The notes below the pieces were generated by a model. The model was given only the letters and a program-made list of their open reading frames with translations. It searched no databases and was not told where the DNA came from. The position numbers and the translations under genes were made by a program. 64,000 nucleotides of DNA from an uncultured Acidobacteriota bacterium. GTDB taxonomy: Bacteria > Acidobacteriota > Terriglobia > UBA7540. Below, in pieces: positions 10,799-20,680 of this stretch; position 1 is the stretch's first letter, and each line of letters begins with the position of its first letter. The stretch covers positions 256,001 to 320,000 of the forward strand of contig CAWDSK010000005.1 of the NCBI GenBank assembly GCA_963804995.1. The letters run 5' to 3'.

Positions 10799-10928
10799 CC
10801 AACGGTTTCTCTCTGCGTCCTCTCGGGTCTCTGCTGATAATTTGGATTCAGGTCTTCCACATCAGACTCTTTAGTTCAGCGCGACTGCGGCGCGGCAAGA
10901 ACCCGCGCCGCTGGAAAAGCCGCCCCGA

Positions 10929-11127
10929 TAATGGTTTTGAATTGATAAGTTGTAAATTGTTCCGACGCCCCGCGCGTGGAAGTAACCCCTCATCCGTCCT
11001 CCTACGTCGGCCACCTTCTCCCCTGGGAGAAGGCTGAGATTTACGATGCCTAGCCCTCTCCGAGGGGAGAGGGTGGACCGCCGCCGGCGTTTTCACCAGC
11101 CGGCGCGGGACGGGTGAGGGGTCACTT
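10929..11127. repeat. Intact copy of the ~200-bp nested-hairpin element (CCTTCTCCCCTGGGAGAAGG, CCCTCTCCGAGGGGAGAGGG)
   Basis: Matches 6315-6412 joined to 8118-8251; a related partial copy lies at 63934-64000. Confidence 0.8.
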
Positions 11128-11238
11128 TCGGGAAGCAGCACAATATTCTTGCCAAAAAAACAATTTGCGGTGTTGCATTGCATGGCCCGCCCCACATTGC
11201 GACCAATTCTTCGAACAATTCGCTGCCCTATTCGCATT

Positions 11239-11260
11239 TTTGGGCTACCGGTAGCCCAAA
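11239..11260. promoter_or_regulatory. Perfect 22-bp palindrome TTTGGGCTACCGGTAGCCCAAA (candidate protein-binding site)
   Basis: The same motif occurs four times at 44712-45111. Confidence 0.6.
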
Positions 11261-11306
11261 TCGTACGGTGGGGGATTGACTTGGCCCAAATGAGAGTTAC
11301 CCTTAA

Positions 11307-13321
11307 CCTGCCTTTCGCACTTCCACCCGCTACCGGGCTGATTTTGGCAGCTTGCGGTGCACAAGGTCTTTGCCTTCAATGGGCGCGGGTTGAAGAGTGC
11401 TTGTAGGCCCGACCTACCCTCTTTTCTGGGGCGCGAAGGTCTGGCATTCTGGGGCGTGCACCTGAAGATTCATCGACGCAAAAAGGACGGCAAGGAACAT
11501 CGTTATTTCAGCATCGTCGAGAGTCGGCGCGTGTCGCGCTCGAAGGTCGTGCATCGGACGGTGCTGTATCTGGGCGAAATCAACGACAGCCAACAATCCG
11601 CGTGGCGCAAGACGCTGGAGGTTTTTGACGAGGACCGTCGCGTCCTCGCGTCCCTGAGCCTCTTCCCGGAGGACCGCGAACTTCCTGCGGATGCTGTGGA
11701 CGGCGTACAAGTGAAGTTGAGTGAAATGCGCGTTGAGCGGCCGCGCACCTTCGGTGGCTGTTGGTTGGGCTGCGAGCTGTGGCGCCAGTTGAAGCTGGAC
11801 GAGTTCTGGCAGGCGAGGTTGCCGGAAGGGCGCGAGGGAGTTCCGTGGGAGAAGGTGCTACGGCTGCTGGTGGTGAACCGGTTGATCGAGCCGGGCAGCG
11901 AATTCCGTGTGCATCGGCACTGGTTCGATCAGACCGCCATGGCCGAGTTGCTGGCAGTGAACTTCGCGGTGGCCGAGAAGGACCGGCTCTATCGTTGTCT
12001 GGATCGAATACTGGCGCACAAGGCGGAGTTGTTCCAGCACCTGCGGCTGCGGTGGCAAGACCTCTTTGCGGCGCGCTTTGATCTGCTCCTCTACGATCTC
12101 ACCAGCACCTATGTGGAAGGAGAGGCGGAAGCGATTCCCAAAGCCCGCCACGGTTACAGCCGGGACGGGCGGTTCGACTGTCGGCAGGTGGTGATCGCCC
12201 TGGTGCTGACGCCGGAAGGTTTCCCGCTGGCCTACGAAGTGATGGAGGGGAATACTTCCGACCGGAACAGCTTGCGCGGTTTTCTGGACAAGATCGAGAG
12301 CGTGTACGGCAAGGCACGGCGGGTGTGGATGATGGATCGGGGAGTTCCCAGTGAAGAACTGCTGGCGGAGATGCGCACCCCGGGGCGGGAGATGTTTTAC
12401 CTGGTGGGGACGCCACGGGGCAAGATCCGGCAGTACGAAGCGAAGTGGACGGAACTGCCGTGGCGGAAGGTGCGCGAGTCGGTAGAGGTGAAACTGTTCG
12501 CGGAGGAAGGCGAGTTGTATGTGCTGGCGAAGAGCGCAGGCCGCCAGGCGAAAGAGATGGCCATCCGTCGACGCAAGCTGGCACGGCTGTTGTGGAGGCT
12601 GCGGGCCTTGCGGCGCGTGTGTCCGACGCGTGATGCGTTGCTGATGAAGATCGGAGCAGCCAAGAGTGAAGCCGGACGGGCCTTCGGTTTCGTGAAGATC
12701 AGCGTGCCCAAGGCCCAGGAAGAAGTGACTCGCCAGACCTTCCAGTTCCGGCTCGAGCGCAGCAAGTTGGAGGAAGCGGAGCGGCGCGATGGACATTATC
12801 TGTTGCGCACCAATCTGACGGGGGAAAATCCCGAGGTGTTGTGGGACCGCTACATGCAACTGGCGCAGATCGAAGCGGCCTTTAAGTGTTTGAAGAGTGA
12901 GCTGGGAATTCGGCCGATTTATCATCAAATAGAACATCGCGTCGAGGCCCACATCCTCATTGCCTTTCTGGCGTACGGCTTGTGGGTGACGCTGAAACAG
13001 CGTCTGCAGGCCCACGCTCCGGGCCTGACGCCGAAAGCGGTGCTGGAGAAGCTGGCGGGCATGCAGATGCTCGATGTGTCTTTCCCGACCACGGATGGGC
13101 GCCGATTAGTGATGCCCCGCTACACCGAGCCGACACCCGAACAAAAGCTCCTGTTGCACGAACTGCAGCTCGTGCTCCCCACTCAGCCACCGCCCAGGAT
13201 CACGGTCCAGCCGGAAATCTTTCCTGCTGGAATGCTGCGTTTGTAGGCCAGACCTTGGCAATGCCTGTACTGAAAAGAAGCGAGTTAACCCAACTCAACA
13301 CCCTGAAGTGCGAAAGTTCGG
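11307..13321 (+). mobile_element. IS1634-family insertion sequence
   Basis: Imperfect 17-bp terminal IRs CCTGCCTTTCGCACTTC (11307-11323) and GAAGTGCGAAAGTTCGG (13305-13321), flanked by TTAA on both sides. Confidence 0.85.
11456..13246 (+). CDS. IS1634-family transposase
   Basis: HRRKKDGKEHRYFSIVES, LLYDLTSTY, GYSRD, EGNTSD, MDRG, IEAAFKCLKSELGIRPIYHQ...AHI. Confidence 0.92.
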   Translation: MHLKIHRRKKDGKEHRYFSIVESRRVSRSKVVHRTVLYLGEINDSQQSAWRKTLEVFDEDRRVLASLSLFPEDRELPADAVDGVQVKLSEMRVERPRTFGGCWLGCELWRQLKLDEFWQARLPEGREGVPWEKVLRLLVVNRLIEPGSEFRVHRHWFDQTAMAELLAVNFAVAEKDRLYRCLDRILAHKAELFQHLRLRWQDLFAARFDLLLYDLTSTYVEGEAEAIPKARHGYSRDGRFDCRQVVIALVLTPEGFPLAYEVMEGNTSDRNSLRGFLDKIESVYGKARRVWMMDRGVPSEELLAEMRTPGREMFYLVGTPRGKIRQYEAKWTELPWRKVRESVEVKLFAEEGELYVLAKSAGRQAKEMAIRRRKLARLLWRLRALRRVCPTRDALLMKIGAAKSEAGRAFGFVKISVPKAQEEVTRQTFQFRLERSKLEEAERRDGHYLLRTNLTGENPEVLWDRYMQLAQIEAAFKCLKSELGIRPIYHQIEHRVEAHILIAFLAYGLWVTLKQRLQAHAPGLTPKAVLEKLAGMQMLDVSFPTTDGRRLVMPRYTEPTPEQKLLLHELQLVLPTQPPPRITVQPEIFPAGMLRL

Positions 13322-13601
13322 TTAAGAGTGCAGGTAATTGCGTGCTGGCGAAGTGGGGCGCAACGCGAACGGAGGCAAGGCCTGCGGCCAATAATATACT
13401 TCCCCTTAACGGAACACGGATTGAGCCTGAACGCCATAAGCGGCAGGTGGAAACCTTAGAAGATGATGAAGAGCAGGATTGCCTCTCTCGCGATGTTTAT
13501 GAAAATAAATTGGTTATAGCTACTAAGGATCCGCCGCGCTGGGCTAAACTGCAGGCCCAGTTCTAGATTAATTTCAGTCTCGGTGGGTGCAATTTACTGG
13601 C

Positions 13602-14480
13602 ATGGAAACTGTCCTTCAATTCTTCCGCCGCCGTCCCCAATACCGCACAGCGACTCTGCTCTCGGGAAGCCTGTTCTGGCTGGTAGGATTCTTTTTATTG
13701 CCGCTTGCCTACCTGCTGGCCGTGAGCTTTGCCGCGCGCTCGCCTTATGGAACGATTGACTGGACCTTGGGCCTTGCCAATTATGGGCGCGCCTTCCAGC
13801 CCCTGTATTTGGCGATTTACTGGCGATCGTTCTGGATGGCTCTGGTCACGACCGGCCTCGCAGTGCTGCTGGGTTTTCCGGTCGCCTACACCTTAGCGTT
13901 ACGGGTTTCGAACCGTTGGAAATCCGCCCTGCTGATGCTTGTCGTCATCCCCTTCTGGACCAGTTTCCTGATCCGCACCTACGCCTGGATGATCATTCTG
14001 CGCAGTGAAGGCGTGGTGAATAATTCCCTGCTGGCGCTGCACCTCATCCACGAACCGCTGCGCCTGCTCTACACGCCGCTGGCGGTGATGATCGGGCTGG
14101 TATATGGGGAATTGCCTTTCATGATTCTGCCCCTCTACGCGGTGCTTCAAAAACTCGACCCCACGCTGCTCGAAGCCGCCCAGGATTTGGGCGCGCCCCA
14201 CTGGTCAACTTTCCGGCGAGTCACCTTGCCGCTGTCGGCGCCCGGCCTGATCGCAGGTTCGGTTTTGGTTTTCATCGCTTCTGTCGGCGCCTTCATCACG
14301 CCTGACTTGTTGGGAGGCGCCCGCACCATGATGGTGGGGAACCTGATCCAGAACCAGTTTGCCGTGGCGCGCGACCAACCCTTCGGCTCCGCAGTGGCTT
14401 TCCTGCTGACGTTGGTGGTGCTGGGGTTGGTGGGGGCCAGTTTGCGCAAGAGCGAACGAGCCACCCGGGAGATGCTCTAA
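13602..14480 (+). CDS. potB: Spermidine/putrescine ABC transporter permease (PotB-like)
   Basis: IPFWTSFLIRTYAW, LPFMILPLY, LLEAAQDLGA (EAA loop), TPDLLGG, FGSA. Confidence 0.85.
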   Translation: METVLQFFRRRPQYRTATLLSGSLFWLVGFFLLPLAYLLAVSFAARSPYGTIDWTLGLANYGRAFQPLYLAIYWRSFWMALVTTGLAVLLGFPVAYTLALRVSNRWKSALLMLVVIPFWTSFLIRTYAWMIILRSEGVVNNSLLALHLIHEPLRLLYTPLAVMIGLVYGELPFMILPLYAVLQKLDPTLLEAAQDLGAPHWSTFRRVTLPLSAPGLIAGSVLVFIASVGAFITPDLLGGARTMMVGNLIQNQFAVARDQPFGSAVAFLLTLVVLGLVGASLRKSERATREML

Positions 14481-16315
14481 TGGCCGGGACGCGCCGCGGG
14501 GGTTGGGGACTCCCACTCTCGACGACCGCTGTTTACCTGTTTCTTTACGCGCCTATTTTCGTTCTGATGATTTACTCGTTCAACCGCTCGCGCCTTTCTG
14601 CGCATTGGCTGGGATTCACCGCGGAGTGGTACGCCGTCCTTTGGCGCGACGAACAGATTTTTCAATCGCTCCAGAACAGCCTGCTCGTCGCCGCCGGAGT
14701 CACGCTGGCCTGTGTGGTTTTTGGGACCATGACCGCGCTGGTCTTTGCGCGGCCCCGCCTGCGGGGAAGGGCAGTGCTGGATGGCGTGGTTTATCTTCCC
14801 CTGGTCATTCCGGAAATCGTGATCGCCGTGGCCACCGTGATCTTCTTCAGCCTGCTGGCGCTGAAGCTGAGTCTCTGGACCATCATCATCGCGCACATCA
14901 CCTTCTGCGTTTCCTACGTCATCATCGTGGTGGGAGCGCGCCTGGCCGGAATGGACCGCTCCCTGGAGGAAGCCGCTTTGGATTTGGGCGCGGACGAGTG
15001 GACCACCTTTTTTCGCGTCACGTTGCCCATTGCCGCCCCGGCAATTCTTTCCGCGGCCCTACTGGTTTTCACCACGTCGTTCGATGACTACCTCATCACA
15101 TCGTTTGTGGCCGGGGTTCGTTCCACCACCCTGCCGCTTGAAATCTATTCACGACTCAAGCGCGGAATCACCCCGGAGATCAATGCCATTTCCACCATCA
15201 TCCTGGCCGCCACGATTCCCCTGGTGTTCGTTGCCCAACGCCTGGAGCGCGGTTCGATGAAGCTGCGCACGGCGCTCGCGAGCGCTGGCGCCATCTTCCT
15301 GCTCATGGTCACACCGGTCGTGGCGCGCACTTGGCAGCCCGGCGAAAAACTCCCGCAACTCAACATTTACATCTGGTCATCCTACCTTTCTCCCCGCATT
15401 ATTCGCGGTTTCGAGAGCGAGTTCCACTGCCAGGTGAACTACGACCTCTATGACTCGAATGAAGCTTTGCTCGCCAAATTGCAGGCGGGCAATGTGGATT
15501 ACGACCTGGTTGTCCCCAGCGACTACATGGTGGAAATCCTGGTTAGGCAGGGCTTGCTGGCCAAGCTCGACAAGTCGCGACTGCCCAACGCCTGGGCCAA
15601 TACCGACCGGCGTTTCCTGGGCCTGCCCTTTGACCCGCAAAATGACTACTCGGTCCCTTACGCGTGGGGAACCACCGGGCTTGCCTATCGCGCCGACCTG
15701 GTCAAAGAGAATATCGATAGCTGGAACGTGCTGTTTGATCCGCGCTTTTCGGGGCACATATTGCTTCTTGATGACTCGCGCGAAGTCTTTGGGATGGCGC
15801 TCAAGAAGCTCGGATACTCATTGAATTCCACTGACCCTGACCAAATCCGGCAGGCGCGTGATTTGCTGTTGCGCCAGAAACCCCTGGTGAAGGGCTACAA
15901 CAGCTCCAATTTTGAGCAGGACCTCGCTGCCGGCGACGCCTGGATCGCCCAGGCCTACAACGGAAACATGACCTTCGTGATGCGCGACGAGCCGCGCCTT
16001 CGTTACGTCATTCCGAAGGAAGGGTGCACGATTTCCGTCGATTGCGCCTGCATTCCGCGCCACGCTCCGCACCCGCAACTGGCGGAAGACTTCATCAACT
16101 ACTTCCATCGCCCGGAAGTGGCGGCCCAGTTCGTCGATGATTGCGGATTCAATACGCCGAACCGCTACGATCACGGGGAAATAGACCCGTGGCTCCTCTC
16201 GAATCCCGCCGTGTTTCCTGACCCCGCCGCGCTCAGCCGCTGCGAGTTCATGCGAGACCTCGGCCCCGTCATCACTCTCTACGACCGCTACTGGACGGAA
16301 ATCAAGGCGCGCTGA
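14480..16315 (+). CDS. Fused PotC-like permease and PotD/PotF-like substrate-binding protein
   Basis: First ~260 aa: YSFN, LEEAALDLGA, SFDD, TLPLEIYS, PEINA. Remainder: LNIYIWSSY, YDSNEALLAKL, DLVVPSDYM, YSVPYAWGTTG, YVIPKEG. Confidence 0.9.
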   Translation: MAGTRRGGWGLPLSTTAVYLFLYAPIFVLMIYSFNRSRLSAHWLGFTAEWYAVLWRDEQIFQSLQNSLLVAAGVTLACVVFGTMTALVFARPRLRGRAVLDGVVYLPLVIPEIVIAVATVIFFSLLALKLSLWTIIIAHITFCVSYVIIVVGARLAGMDRSLEEAALDLGADEWTTFFRVTLPIAAPAILSAALLVFTTSFDDYLITSFVAGVRSTTLPLEIYSRLKRGITPEINAISTIILAATIPLVFVAQRLERGSMKLRTALASAGAIFLLMVTPVVARTWQPGEKLPQLNIYIWSSYLSPRIIRGFESEFHCQVNYDLYDSNEALLAKLQAGNVDYDLVVPSDYMVEILVRQGLLAKLDKSRLPNAWANTDRRFLGLPFDPQNDYSVPYAWGTTGLAYRADLVKENIDSWNVLFDPRFSGHILLLDDSREVFGMALKKLGYSLNSTDPDQIRQARDLLLRQKPLVKGYNSSNFEQDLAAGDAWIAQAYNGNMTFVMRDEPRLRYVIPKEGCTISVDCACIPRHAPHPQLAEDFINYFHRPEVAAQFVDDCGFNTPNRYDHGEIDPWLLSNPAVFPDPAALSRCEFMRDLGPVITLYDRYWTEIKAR

Positions 16316-16324
16316 AGGACAGAA

Positions 16325-17242
16325 GTGAGTCAGAATCCAGCTTCGCGAAAACTCGTTTACTTGGCGCTCACTACCTCTGCTTTCTTCTGGGGAGCCGGAT
16401 TCGCAGTCGCCAAGTATGCCCTGCGTGAAGTCTCACCGCTGGAGCTTCTGGCTGGAACCAGCATTTTCTCCGCGGTCAGCCAGGGTATTTGGACTTTGGC
16501 GCGCGGGCAGATTCGCACGCTGAGGCTGCCTCGCCCGCTCGCTCCGCTGGTGGTGGGATTGGCGCTGGCCGGACAAAACGTTTTCAGCGGGCTTACATTT
16601 CTGGGCCTCGCGTACACAACTGCTACCAATGCCGCACTTCTCTATGGATTCTCACCGGTTCTCATCGCGGTCATGGCTTCCCTGCTTCTGGGCGAAAGGT
16701 TGACGGCCGGGAAGCTGGGCGGGGCTGCGGCCGGCTTCATCGGAGTGGCCCTCATCATCACGCAAGGCCAGTTAAGTTCGCTGCGTCCTCACGGAGTCAT
16801 GGCCGGCAATCTCATCGTATTTGGCGCGACGGTCTATTGGGCCGCCTACTCCGTCATCACCCGGTGGGTTACGCAAAAGGTCCCCGCGGAAACGTATTCC
16901 TTTTACATCCTTACGGTAGGAGCCATTATCCCCACCACGTGGGCCTGGGTCCAGAACATGCGGTTCCCCATGGTGGGAGTTCGCCCGGGAACCCTGCTGG
17001 CCCTTGCCTTCATGGGTATCGGCACCGGAACCGTGGCAATCAATTGCTGGAATTGGGGATTGGCTAAGATCGAAGCCGCGCGGGCTGGGATGTTTTCCTA
17101 TCTCGAACCCGTTTTCGCCGGCCTGGTGGCCATGATCTTCCTCGGTGAAAGGCTCAGCCTACCGAGTCTCGCAGGTGCAGCGATGGTCTTTGGCGGAATC
17201 CATTTGTCATTGCGCCAGAGCCGGCAAGTGAGTACAGAGTGA
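16325..17242 (+). CDS. DMT/EamA family transporter
   Basis: FWG, about 10 hydrophobic segments, LGERL twice, YLEPVFA. Confidence 0.88.
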   Translation: MSQNPASRKLVYLALTTSAFFWGAGFAVAKYALREVSPLELLAGTSIFSAVSQGIWTLARGQIRTLRLPRPLAPLVVGLALAGQNVFSGLTFLGLAYTTATNAALLYGFSPVLIAVMASLLLGERLTAGKLGGAAAGFIGVALIITQGQLSSLRPHGVMAGNLIVFGATVYWAAYSVITRWVTQKVPAETYSFYILTVGAIIPTTWAWVQNMRFPMVGVRPGTLLALAFMGIGTGTVAINCWNWGLAKIEAARAGMFSYLEPVFAGLVAMIFLGERLSLPSLAGAAMVFGGIHLSLRQSRQVSTE

Positions 17243-17574
17243 GCAGCCTCTTCGCCTCACATTTACAACAGCGCCATAACCCTTCACAGCGGTTCCCATC
17301 CGCGAATATGGGCCTCCACGAGCCATCTCGCGACATCTTGTCACGTGGCGGGACCCACCAGGAAGGTTCTGCAAAAACCACAAAGCTTGCTATTGAATTC
17401 GCCTCAGGGTTGACATATAGTGGCGGCGAATTTGAGCCGAGTCCTGCTGCTGTGCTGAAAAGACACCCCTGGCTGAGCGCAGCAGCCTTGACAACTCAAA
17501 AAGGCGCGGGTTCGGTCGCGCCGCTTCCTGAGACTGCGATACGACCCGCTCTGTTACCCTCCGCAGGAGGAATC

Positions 17575-18471
17575 ATGATGCTGCCTTCTTATTTGAGCCC
17601 CCGAAGTTTACGTTGCTTTAGTTTAATCGCCCTTGCCGGTTTTCTTTTCGTGAGCTGCTCGCCCCCGGTGGAAAGACCCACGGGGTCAGCCGGAGCCCTG
17701 GACGATGCAAAAGACATGTTTAAGCGCGGTCGGTTTGATAGGGCGTTGGATTTCACCGACTCCCTGGCAACCGCCACCCCACCGGGTGCCTATACGGAAC
17801 GCGCTCGGGTGCTTCGCGCGGTCATCTATACCGGTGAACTGAAGAGCCTGAAAGAGCTGGCCGAAGCTTACGGTGAAGGAGCTGACAAGACCAAGAACAA
17901 ACAATTCAAAGCCGACTATCAACGCCTGGCGAATGACAATCTCCAGGCTGCTGCCAAGGCCGCGCTGAATCTGGCTGAAACGGCGCATCAACTCGTATCC
18001 GACGGTCAAATCGCCAAAGAGCTGACCCTGGAAGCAAGCTACCCCACGACCGAAGGCCCCACGGATGTGAAGGAATTGGCAACGGTCAAAAGTGGCGCGT
18101 GGCTCGAGCCGGAAGGGGCCAATAGTCAGGAAAGTGCGGCCATCGATTCTCTGCGCAAGGGTATCGATGACGCACTCGCCGGGGCGGTTGCAGGCGACAG
18201 GCCCAAAGCGGTCAGCGCCCTCGCGAGCGGTTCCACCAAGGTCGACGGCGCCGATTTCGCCATCTTCCTCGCCAAAGGATTAACCGATGGGGCCACCATC
18301 TTCGACAAGAAGCACCGGCGTGACTCGCAGAAGTTGAAGACGCTTTGCGACGAAGGTGATGAAACCCTGAAGGCGGCTGCCGCACAGTTGAAGGACAAGC
18401 CCGATAAAGACAAAGAAAAGGCCGTCAAGGATCTTCAGGACAAGATCAAGAAGATCCGCAAGAATACGTAG
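17575..18471 (+). CDS. Hypothetical lipoprotein
   Basis: AGGAGG RBS at ~17566, ATG 17575, lipobox-like FVSC after a hydrophobic stretch. Confidence 0.7.
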   Translation: MMLPSYLSPRSLRCFSLIALAGFLFVSCSPPVERPTGSAGALDDAKDMFKRGRFDRALDFTDSLATATPPGAYTERARVLRAVIYTGELKSLKELAEAYGEGADKTKNKQFKADYQRLANDNLQAAAKAALNLAETAHQLVSDGQIAKELTLEASYPTTEGPTDVKELATVKSGAWLEPEGANSQESAAIDSLRKGIDDALAGAVAGDRPKAVSALASGSTKVDGADFAIFLAKGLTDGATIFDKKHRRDSQKLKTLCDEGDETLKAAAAQLKDKPDKDKEKAVKDLQDKIKKIRKNT

Positions 18472-18495
18472 TTGGGCAAGAGAGGCAAGCCTCCG

Positions 18496-18524
18496 GGGCC
18501 GTCTTTTGGGAGACGGCCCTTTTT
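18496..18524 (+). terminator. Rho-independent terminator
   Basis: GGGCCGTCT-tttggg-AGACGGCCC followed by TTTTT, just after the stop at 18471. Confidence 0.85.
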
Positions 18525-18599
18525 GTTTAGAAGCTTCTGAGCTTAGCTAGGTAGCCTATCTCAAGTTTCTCGCACAGGAAAACCGCGCCCCTCGTCTGG

Positions 18600-20657
18600 C
18601 TATTGCTGCACTTGCTCGAGTGCCGACTGGATTTCAGGATTGTTGGGGTCGGCGGCCAGAGCGGCTTGAAACTCCTGGACCGCTTGTGCCTTTTGGCCCG
18701 CGGCGGCGTAGATCAATCCCAGGTTGAAGTGCGCGTGACTATCCGCGCCATTGAGCGCCAGCGCGTCCTTAAAGGCTTTCTCAGCACGGATGTTATCGCC
18801 CCGCCGCTGGTAGACGTAACCCAAATAGTCAAGGGCCGCGAGATTCGGATCGCATTCGAGCGATTTGCGGAATTGCTCCTCCGCCAGGTTGAGGCGTCCC
18901 GAATCAAAATAGAGTTTGCCTAGGACGTTGTGGGCGGCGAAATCGAGCGGGGAGAGGGACACGGCGGCGCGGAATTGTTCTTCGGCACGATCCAGGCTGC
19001 CCGTTTCCGCATAGAGCGCCCCCAGGTTTAAATGTGTATCCGCATCACGGGGGTCGATCTGTAAGGCGAGCTGAAGATACCCCACGGCTTCGCCGTAACG
19101 GTGCTGCTTGGCGCAGAGCGCCCCTAACGCAATGATGGGGCGAATGAAGGTGGGCTGGATCCGCAGGGATTCCTTCCATTCCTGCTCAGCCAACGCCCAC
19201 TCTCCTCGCATCCAATAGGCATAGCCCAGGCCGTTATGCAGGATGAAGTCATCCGGCTCAGCCGCGAGGGCTCTGGAAACCAGGGTGACGTCATCCCGCC
19301 AGTCGGGAATCCGTGTGACGATGCGGAGCACGCAAAGTGCCGTCACGAGGCAGGCGCCAGCCACCACAGCCCATCGCCAGGCGCCTTGCCGCCTTGCCGC
19401 CGCTCGCCACAAGTTTGCGCCCGCCCAACCGGCGACCAGGCAGAACCCCACGGAAGGCAGATAGAGATAGCGTTCCGCGAGCGCATAAACAGCCATCCAA
19501 TTGGCATTCAGGACAGGAGCGAGTGTCCCCAGAAGCCACAGGATCCCCAGGGAGGCAGGGCGAGCGCTCCTCCACAAGACGCCAAAGACTACCGCGCAGA
19601 GGATCAGGCCGCCGGCTCCTCCCAGCACCTGCGCATCCCACAAATGGGTGCTGGGGTGGAAGAAGACGAAGGCCGAAAGGTGCGCGGGCCAAAGAAGTTT
19701 GAAGAAATATTGGCCCAGCAGGGCAAAGGCGGAAAGGATAGTCTCAAGCCGGGTGAGATGGTACCAGCCCGAGGCGCGCCCCACCGATCCTAAAATGTGG
19801 ACGCGCATGAGGATGTAGCCTATCGACAGGACCCAGAGCACTCCGTAGCGGAGACCTTTCTGCGCCCACGTCGTCCGAGCCCGGTCGTCGCGGCAGAAAT
19901 GCTCGTAGATTACGGCGAGGAAAGGAAGCGTTATGGCCTGTTCCCGGGAGAGAAGGGCGAGCAGAAAACTGACCGTCATGGCGGCTTCGGCCCAGGGTCG
20001 CCGTCCTCCACCCGGTCCCGCCACCTGCAAGAAACACCAGAAGGTGAGCAGGTAGAAGAAGGTCACCTCCAGGTCGGTCATAGTGGAAATCCAGGCAATG
20101 GACTCAATGTGGATGGGATGAAGTGCGAATAAGCCTGCGGCGACAAACGCTGCCAGGCGATCACCGAGGAGCCGCGCCGCCATCAGGAATAGCATCAAAA
20201 CAACGGCCGCGTGCAGCAGCAGGCTAACCAAATGGAAGCCGTAGGCCATGGGGCCAAAGATTCGATAACAGACCATGAACCCGACCGTCGCCAACGGCCG
20301 ATAATAGGGGGGCTCATGCTGGACACTCAGATAGGAGAAAAGCGTGGTGGTAAACGCTTCCGGCAAGTAGCGGAAACTATGCGTATAGGGATTGTCGAAA
20401 ATCAGGGACTTGTCGTCAAAAGCATAGGCGAAATCATTCCGCAGGACGCCGACATAAGGCAGAGTGGCCAGCAGCAGGAGAATTGCCAACGGCCAGGCAC
20501 CGGCAAATGGTGTGCGGCTTCCCTTTTCCAGCCTGCCAGGGCCGAGCGGCTGAACCCCGGGTTCATCTTGATAAGCCTGCATGAGCTCCCCATGCTCCTC
20601 TGAGGGTCCGGCCCCTCCGGGCGTAATCATAAACGATTTCGGGTGGCGGAACCGCAT
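18600..20657 (-). CDS. TMTC-like membrane glycosyltransferase (GT-C fold) with C-terminal TPRs
   Basis: FDD, YYRPL, LFALHPIHIESIAWIS, LLSREQA, ERYLYLPS, then TPR repeats. Confidence 0.85.
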   Translation of the reverse strand: MRFRHPKSFMITPGGAGPSEEHGELMQAYQDEPGVQPLGPGRLEKGSRTPFAGAWPLAILLLLATLPYVGVLRNDFAYAFDDKSLIFDNPYTHSFRYLPEAFTTTLFSYLSVQHEPPYYRPLATVGFMVCYRIFGPMAYGFHLVSLLLHAAVVLMLFLMAARLLGDRLAAFVAAGLFALHPIHIESIAWISTMTDLEVTFFYLLTFWCFLQVAGPGGGRRPWAEAAMTVSFLLALLSREQAITLPFLAVIYEHFCRDDRARTTWAQKGLRYGVLWVLSIGYILMRVHILGSVGRASGWYHLTRLETILSAFALLGQYFFKLLWPAHLSAFVFFHPSTHLWDAQVLGGAGGLILCAVVFGVLWRSARPASLGILWLLGTLAPVLNANWMAVYALAERYLYLPSVGFCLVAGWAGANLWRAAARRQGAWRWAVVAGACLVTALCVLRIVTRIPDWRDDVTLVSRALAAEPDDFILHNGLGYAYWMRGEWALAEQEWKESLRIQPTFIRPIIALGALCAKQHRYGEAVGYLQLALQIDPRDADTHLNLGALYAETGSLDRAEEQFRAAVSLSPLDFAAHNVLGKLYFDSGRLNLAEEQFRKSLECDPNLAALDYLGYVYQRRGDNIRAEKAFKDALALNGADSHAHFNLGLIYAAAGQKAQAVQEFQAALAADPNNPEIQSALEQVQQ

Positions 20658-20680
20658 ACTTCAGGCTGTCGTAAGAAATG

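Noticed and set aside
17239..17574. N-terminal extension of ORF 17239-18471
   Set aside because: Strong RBS and lipoprotein signal indicate the start at 17575; the upstream part looks like promoter/leader sequence
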